Assembly: GCA_020638175.1 (NCBI GenBank)
Contig: JACKJA010000002.1
Span: 1,478,522-1,542,521 of the forward strand
DNA from: Rhodospirillales bacterium
GTDB taxonomy: Bacteria; Pseudomonadota; Alphaproteobacteria; Micavibrionales; Micavibrionaceae
Length of the DNA: 64,000 nt
Reading direction: 5' to 3'
A program made the translations under genes and the position numbers. Position 1 is the stretch's first letter. Every line of letters begins with the position of its first letter. Below are positions 61,141-64,000 of this stretch, piece by piece. The notes under the pieces were generated by a model. That model was given only the letters and a program-made list of their open reading frames with translations. It did no database searches and was not told the origin of the DNA.

Positions 61141-62826
61141 TTAAACTCTTGATACATGCACCGTAACATAGGGCTTAAAGCCCAGAACAATCTGGATCAA
61201 CCGCCGCACACCAATGCGCACCTCTTCGTGAACGGCGTGGTCGTCGCGGCGATCGTCCCGGTCCATATCCGCAAGGATGTCCTTGATCTCGCCATAGATA
61301 TCCTGTTCCAGCTCCCGGTCTTCATCGCTATTCAGGTCCAAAAGCCCCAGAACGTCGACCTGCGGGTGATCCACCACATCGCCCCGCTCGTCCAGAACCA
61401 GAGAAACAAAAACCGCGCCGCGATATTGCAACCGCCGCCGCTCGGCAATCCCTTCATGCTCGACATCTAAAATCCGCTTGGGCTCAACAGCCAGCATCCC
61501 CGTTTTAATTTCGGCTACAACTTTCGGCTTTTGCCCGTCCTGCAAAGCCACAATCTTACCATTACCCGGAATAACAATATTCTTGATCCCCTTGTCCCGT
61601 CCCATTGCGGCCTGCTTTTCCAGCATCGCGCGCTCGCCATGAACCGTCACCAGCGTATCCGGCCGCACCCAGTCCAGCATATCGTTGATCTCGTCCTGAC
61701 ACGGGTGACCCGATACATGGATTTTATAGGGCGAACGGTGCGGCGTTAAAATCCGCACGCCTTCCCCACTCAGAATATTGGTCAGATCATAAATCGCGCG
61801 CTCATTGCCCGGAATAACCCGCGAAGAAAATACAAACACATCGCCGCTTTTCACTTTCAGGCGCGGGTTATCGCCATGAATAATCCGGGTCAGCGCGGCA
61901 TTATGCTGCGCCTGCGATCCCGCCGCCACGATCACCAGCTTGCCGCGCGGCATATCCGCCGCTTCATCCTGATCGATAAACGGCGCGACATCCTGCAAAT
62001 AGCCGCAAGCCTTGGCGGCCTCAATATGCTTGTGCAGCGAGCGCCCCGCCAGAACCACTTTCCGCCCGTGCTTTTTCGCCGCCCGGCAAATACTCTGCAG
62101 CCGCCCGGTATTGGTCGCAAAAATGGTAACCAGCAGCGCGCCTTTTTTCTCATCGGCCATAAGCTGATCGAGCCCCTTTTCCACGTCGCCCTCCGACCCG
62201 GCGCGCCCCGGCGTTAGGGCATTCGTGGAATCCCCGATATAGGCCATCACGCCCTTGTCACCGGCGGCCCGGAACGTTTTTTCATCCGTCTGCCCGTTAA
62301 TCACCGGCGTCGGGTCGATGTTCCAGTCGGCGCTGTGAACCACGCGCCCGGCCTCTGTCTCGATAATCAACGACGTCGCGTCCGGGATCGAATGCGTCAC
62401 ATGCACGAATGTCACCTTAAACGGCCCGGCATCAATCGTATCACCGGCCTTGACCACATTGACATCAGCATCCCGGCAATCGGGAAATTCCTTGAATTTT
62501 TGCTCCAGAATTGCCGCCGTATAGGGCGTGCAATAAATCGGCGCGCGCAGCCGCGGCCATAAATACGCCAGCGCCCCGACATGGTCTTCGTGCGCATGGG
62601 TAATGATAATCGCGCTTAAATCCTTGCGGCGTTCTTCCAGAAACGCCGGATCGGGCAGCAAAATATCAACCCCCGGCAGCCGCCAGTCGGCAAACCCGAT
62701 CCCGCAATCAACCGCCAACCATTTATTGTCCGTGGCATACAGGTTAAAATTCACACCGAACTCTTCACTTCCGCCCAGCGACAGGAAATGCAGTTTATCC
62801 GGATCCAGTTTTAGTTTTTTGGTCAT
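61141..62826 (-). CDS. rnj: Ribonuclease J
   Basis: Metallo-beta-lactamase motif (ITHAHEDHVGAL) plus beta-CASP and C-terminal domains. 561 aa. Confidence 0.9.
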   Translation of the reverse strand: MTKKLKLDPDKLHFLSLGGSEEFGVNFNLYATDNKWLAVDCGIGFADWRLPGVDILLPDPAFLEERRKDLSAIIITHAHEDHVGALAYLWPRLRAPIYCTPYTAAILEQKFKEFPDCRDADVNVVKAGDTIDAGPFKVTFVHVTHSIPDATSLIIETEAGRVVHSADWNIDPTPVINGQTDEKTFRAAGDKGVMAYIGDSTNALTPGRAGSEGDVEKGLDQLMADEKKGALLVTIFATNTGRLQSICRAAKKHGRKVVLAGRSLHKHIEAAKACGYLQDVAPFIDQDEAADMPRGKLVIVAAGSQAQHNAALTRIIHGDNPRLKVKSGDVFVFSSRVIPGNERAIYDLTNILSGEGVRILTPHRSPYKIHVSGHPCQDEINDMLDWVRPDTLVTVHGERAMLEKQAAMGRDKGIKNIVIPGNGKIVALQDGQKPKVVAEIKTGMLAVEPKRILDVEHEGIAERRRLQYRGAVFVSLVLDERGDVVDHPQVDVLGLLDLNSDEDRELEQDIYGEIKDILADMDRDDRRDDHAVHEEVRIGVRRLIQIVLGFKPYVTVHVSRV

Positions 62827-62847
62827 TCTGCCGCTTCTGTATGTGAT

Positions 62848-63588
62848 TTATTCTGTTCCATGGCTTTGATAAATGCGTGCTAACCCGCGCAAAGTCAAAT
62901 CTTTATCCACTTTTTCAATCGCCGGGATCGCATCGGCAAATAAGGGCGCCAGCCCACCCGTCGCGACCACAGCCGGTTTCACGCCCAGCTCTCCCTCTAT
63001 CCGGGCCAGCATCCCTTCGATCATGCTGGCATACCCCCAGTACAAACCGGATTGCATGGCATCCACCGTATTTGTCCCGATCACATGCGCGGGGCTTTCT
63101 ACGCAGATATCTGGAAGTTTGGCTGCCGCGCTGACCAAGGCCTCTTTCGACAAATTCACACCCGGCGCAATGACACCGCCGACAAACGCGCCATCCGCAT
63201 CCACGACATCGAACGTTGTCGCCGTCCCGAAATCAACCACCACCACAGGCGCACCATAATCACACGCCGCCGCATAGGCATTAATCAGGCGATCCGCCCC
63301 GGCCTGCGCCGGAACATCAAGCTTTATCACCATAGGAACCGTTTCATGCGTCACAAACAGCAGTTCGGAATCGGTGCATGATCCGGCAAATTGTTTCACA
63401 ACCGGGTCGAGCCGCGGCACAACCGACCCGACCACAGCCGCCGTTACGCCGGACAGGTCAAACGGCAAATGAACGTCGTCCACCGCATGCACAGCCGCCG
63501 TCTCCATCCGGTGAATAGCGCACAGCTCATCCCCGTCATACAGGGCGAACACAATATTCGTATTTCCGGCATCAATAACCAGCAACAC
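62848..63588 (-). CDS. coaX: Type III pantothenate kinase
   Basis: MLLVIDAGNTN, VVDFGTATTFD and an ASKHA fold. 246 aa, immediately downstream of birA. Confidence 0.92.
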   Translation of the reverse strand: MLLVIDAGNTNIVFALYDGDELCAIHRMETAAVHAVDDVHLPFDLSGVTAAVVGSVVPRLDPVVKQFAGSCTDSELLFVTHETVPMVIKLDVPAQAGADRLINAYAAACDYGAPVVVVDFGTATTFDVVDADGAFVGGVIAPGVNLSKEALVSAAAKLPDICVESPAHVIGTNTVDAMQSGLYWGYASMIEGMLARIEGELGVKPAVVATGGLAPLFADAIPAIEKVDKDLTLRGLARIYQSHGTE

Positions 63589-63593
63589 AGGCT

Positions 63594-64000
63594 CTATTCG
63601 CTTTCTTCAAAATACACGTCGCCGGCGCGCACAGCCCGGACATTTCCATCGGCCAGCTCTACCAGTAAAGTACCATCCGCGTCCAAATCTTTAAAAACAC
63701 CGGAAAACTCTTCCGCAGCCAGCCGGACCTTCACAGCCTGCCCCAGACCATGCGCCTGTGCCAGCCATGCCTCCCGGACAGGGGCAAACCCCTCCCCCTG
63801 CCAGCATTCATATTCCCGGCCCAAATGAGCCAACAGCTTGTCCCGGAACGGATGAATCGGAACCTGTCCGCCACCGCTCAACGCCTGTAAGCCAGCCGCC
63901 CCCTCCGGCGGCGCCATAATATTAACACCAACGCCAACCGTCAGCCCCTCAACACGGTCGCCCTGAATATCACTCTCCAGCAATATACCCGCAGCCTTTT
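63594..64000 (-). CDS. birA: Biotin--[acetyl-CoA-carboxylase] ligase, C-terminal part; the gene runs off the window end
   Basis: ...KAAGILLESD...GVGVN... continues in frame to the window edge, and the TTG at 63983 is internal. It sits in the birA-coaX pair typical of many bacteria. Confidence 0.8.
   Translation of the reverse strand, partial: KAAGILLESDIQGDRVEGLTVGVGVNIMAPPEGAAGLQALSGGGQVPIHPFRDKLLAHLGREYECWQGEGFAPVREAWLAQAHGLGQAVKVRLAAEEFSGVFKDLDADGTLLVELADGNVRAVRAGDVYFEESE

Overview
The window looks like a core chromosomal segment of an alphaproteobacterium, about 55-60% G+C by eye; I cannot name the species. It is densely packed with housekeeping genes in alphaproteobacterial synteny. In order these are ntrX/ntrY, ispDF-pgpA-cinA, a lipoate/pyruvate-dehydrogenase supercluster (lipA, lpdA, pdhC, pdhB, pdhA), ftsB, eno, kdsA, pyrG, secG, tpiA and ppiD-trpE...trpGDC. 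They continue with lexA, comEC, gltX, gltA, the lipid A/outer-membrane block (lpxB-lpxI-lpxA-fabZ-lpxD-skp-bamA), rseP-dxr-cdsA-uppS-frr-pyrH-tsf-rpsB, dnaE, lolDE, proS, rnj, coaX and birA. I recognised no rRNA, tRNA, CRISPR array, transposase, integrase or multi-gene defence-like island. Novelty is limited to small insertions that break the conserved synteny. (1) A 1-kb cassette of four tightly packed opposite-strand micro-ORFs, three of them mini XRE-like HTH paralogues, sits between pdhB and pdhC. (2) A 63-aa protein with 8 Cys lies between proS and lolE, and its Shine-Dalgarno overlaps the proS stop codon. (3) A lower-GC DUF3800 gene is inserted between lipA and the ratA-like gene. (4) The enlarged eno-kdsA spacer carries a perfect 16-bp inverted-repeat element and reiterated AATTGATA motifs. 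(5) A three-copy palindromic REP-like element family is present. All product calls come from reading motifs in the supplied translations; no database search was run.
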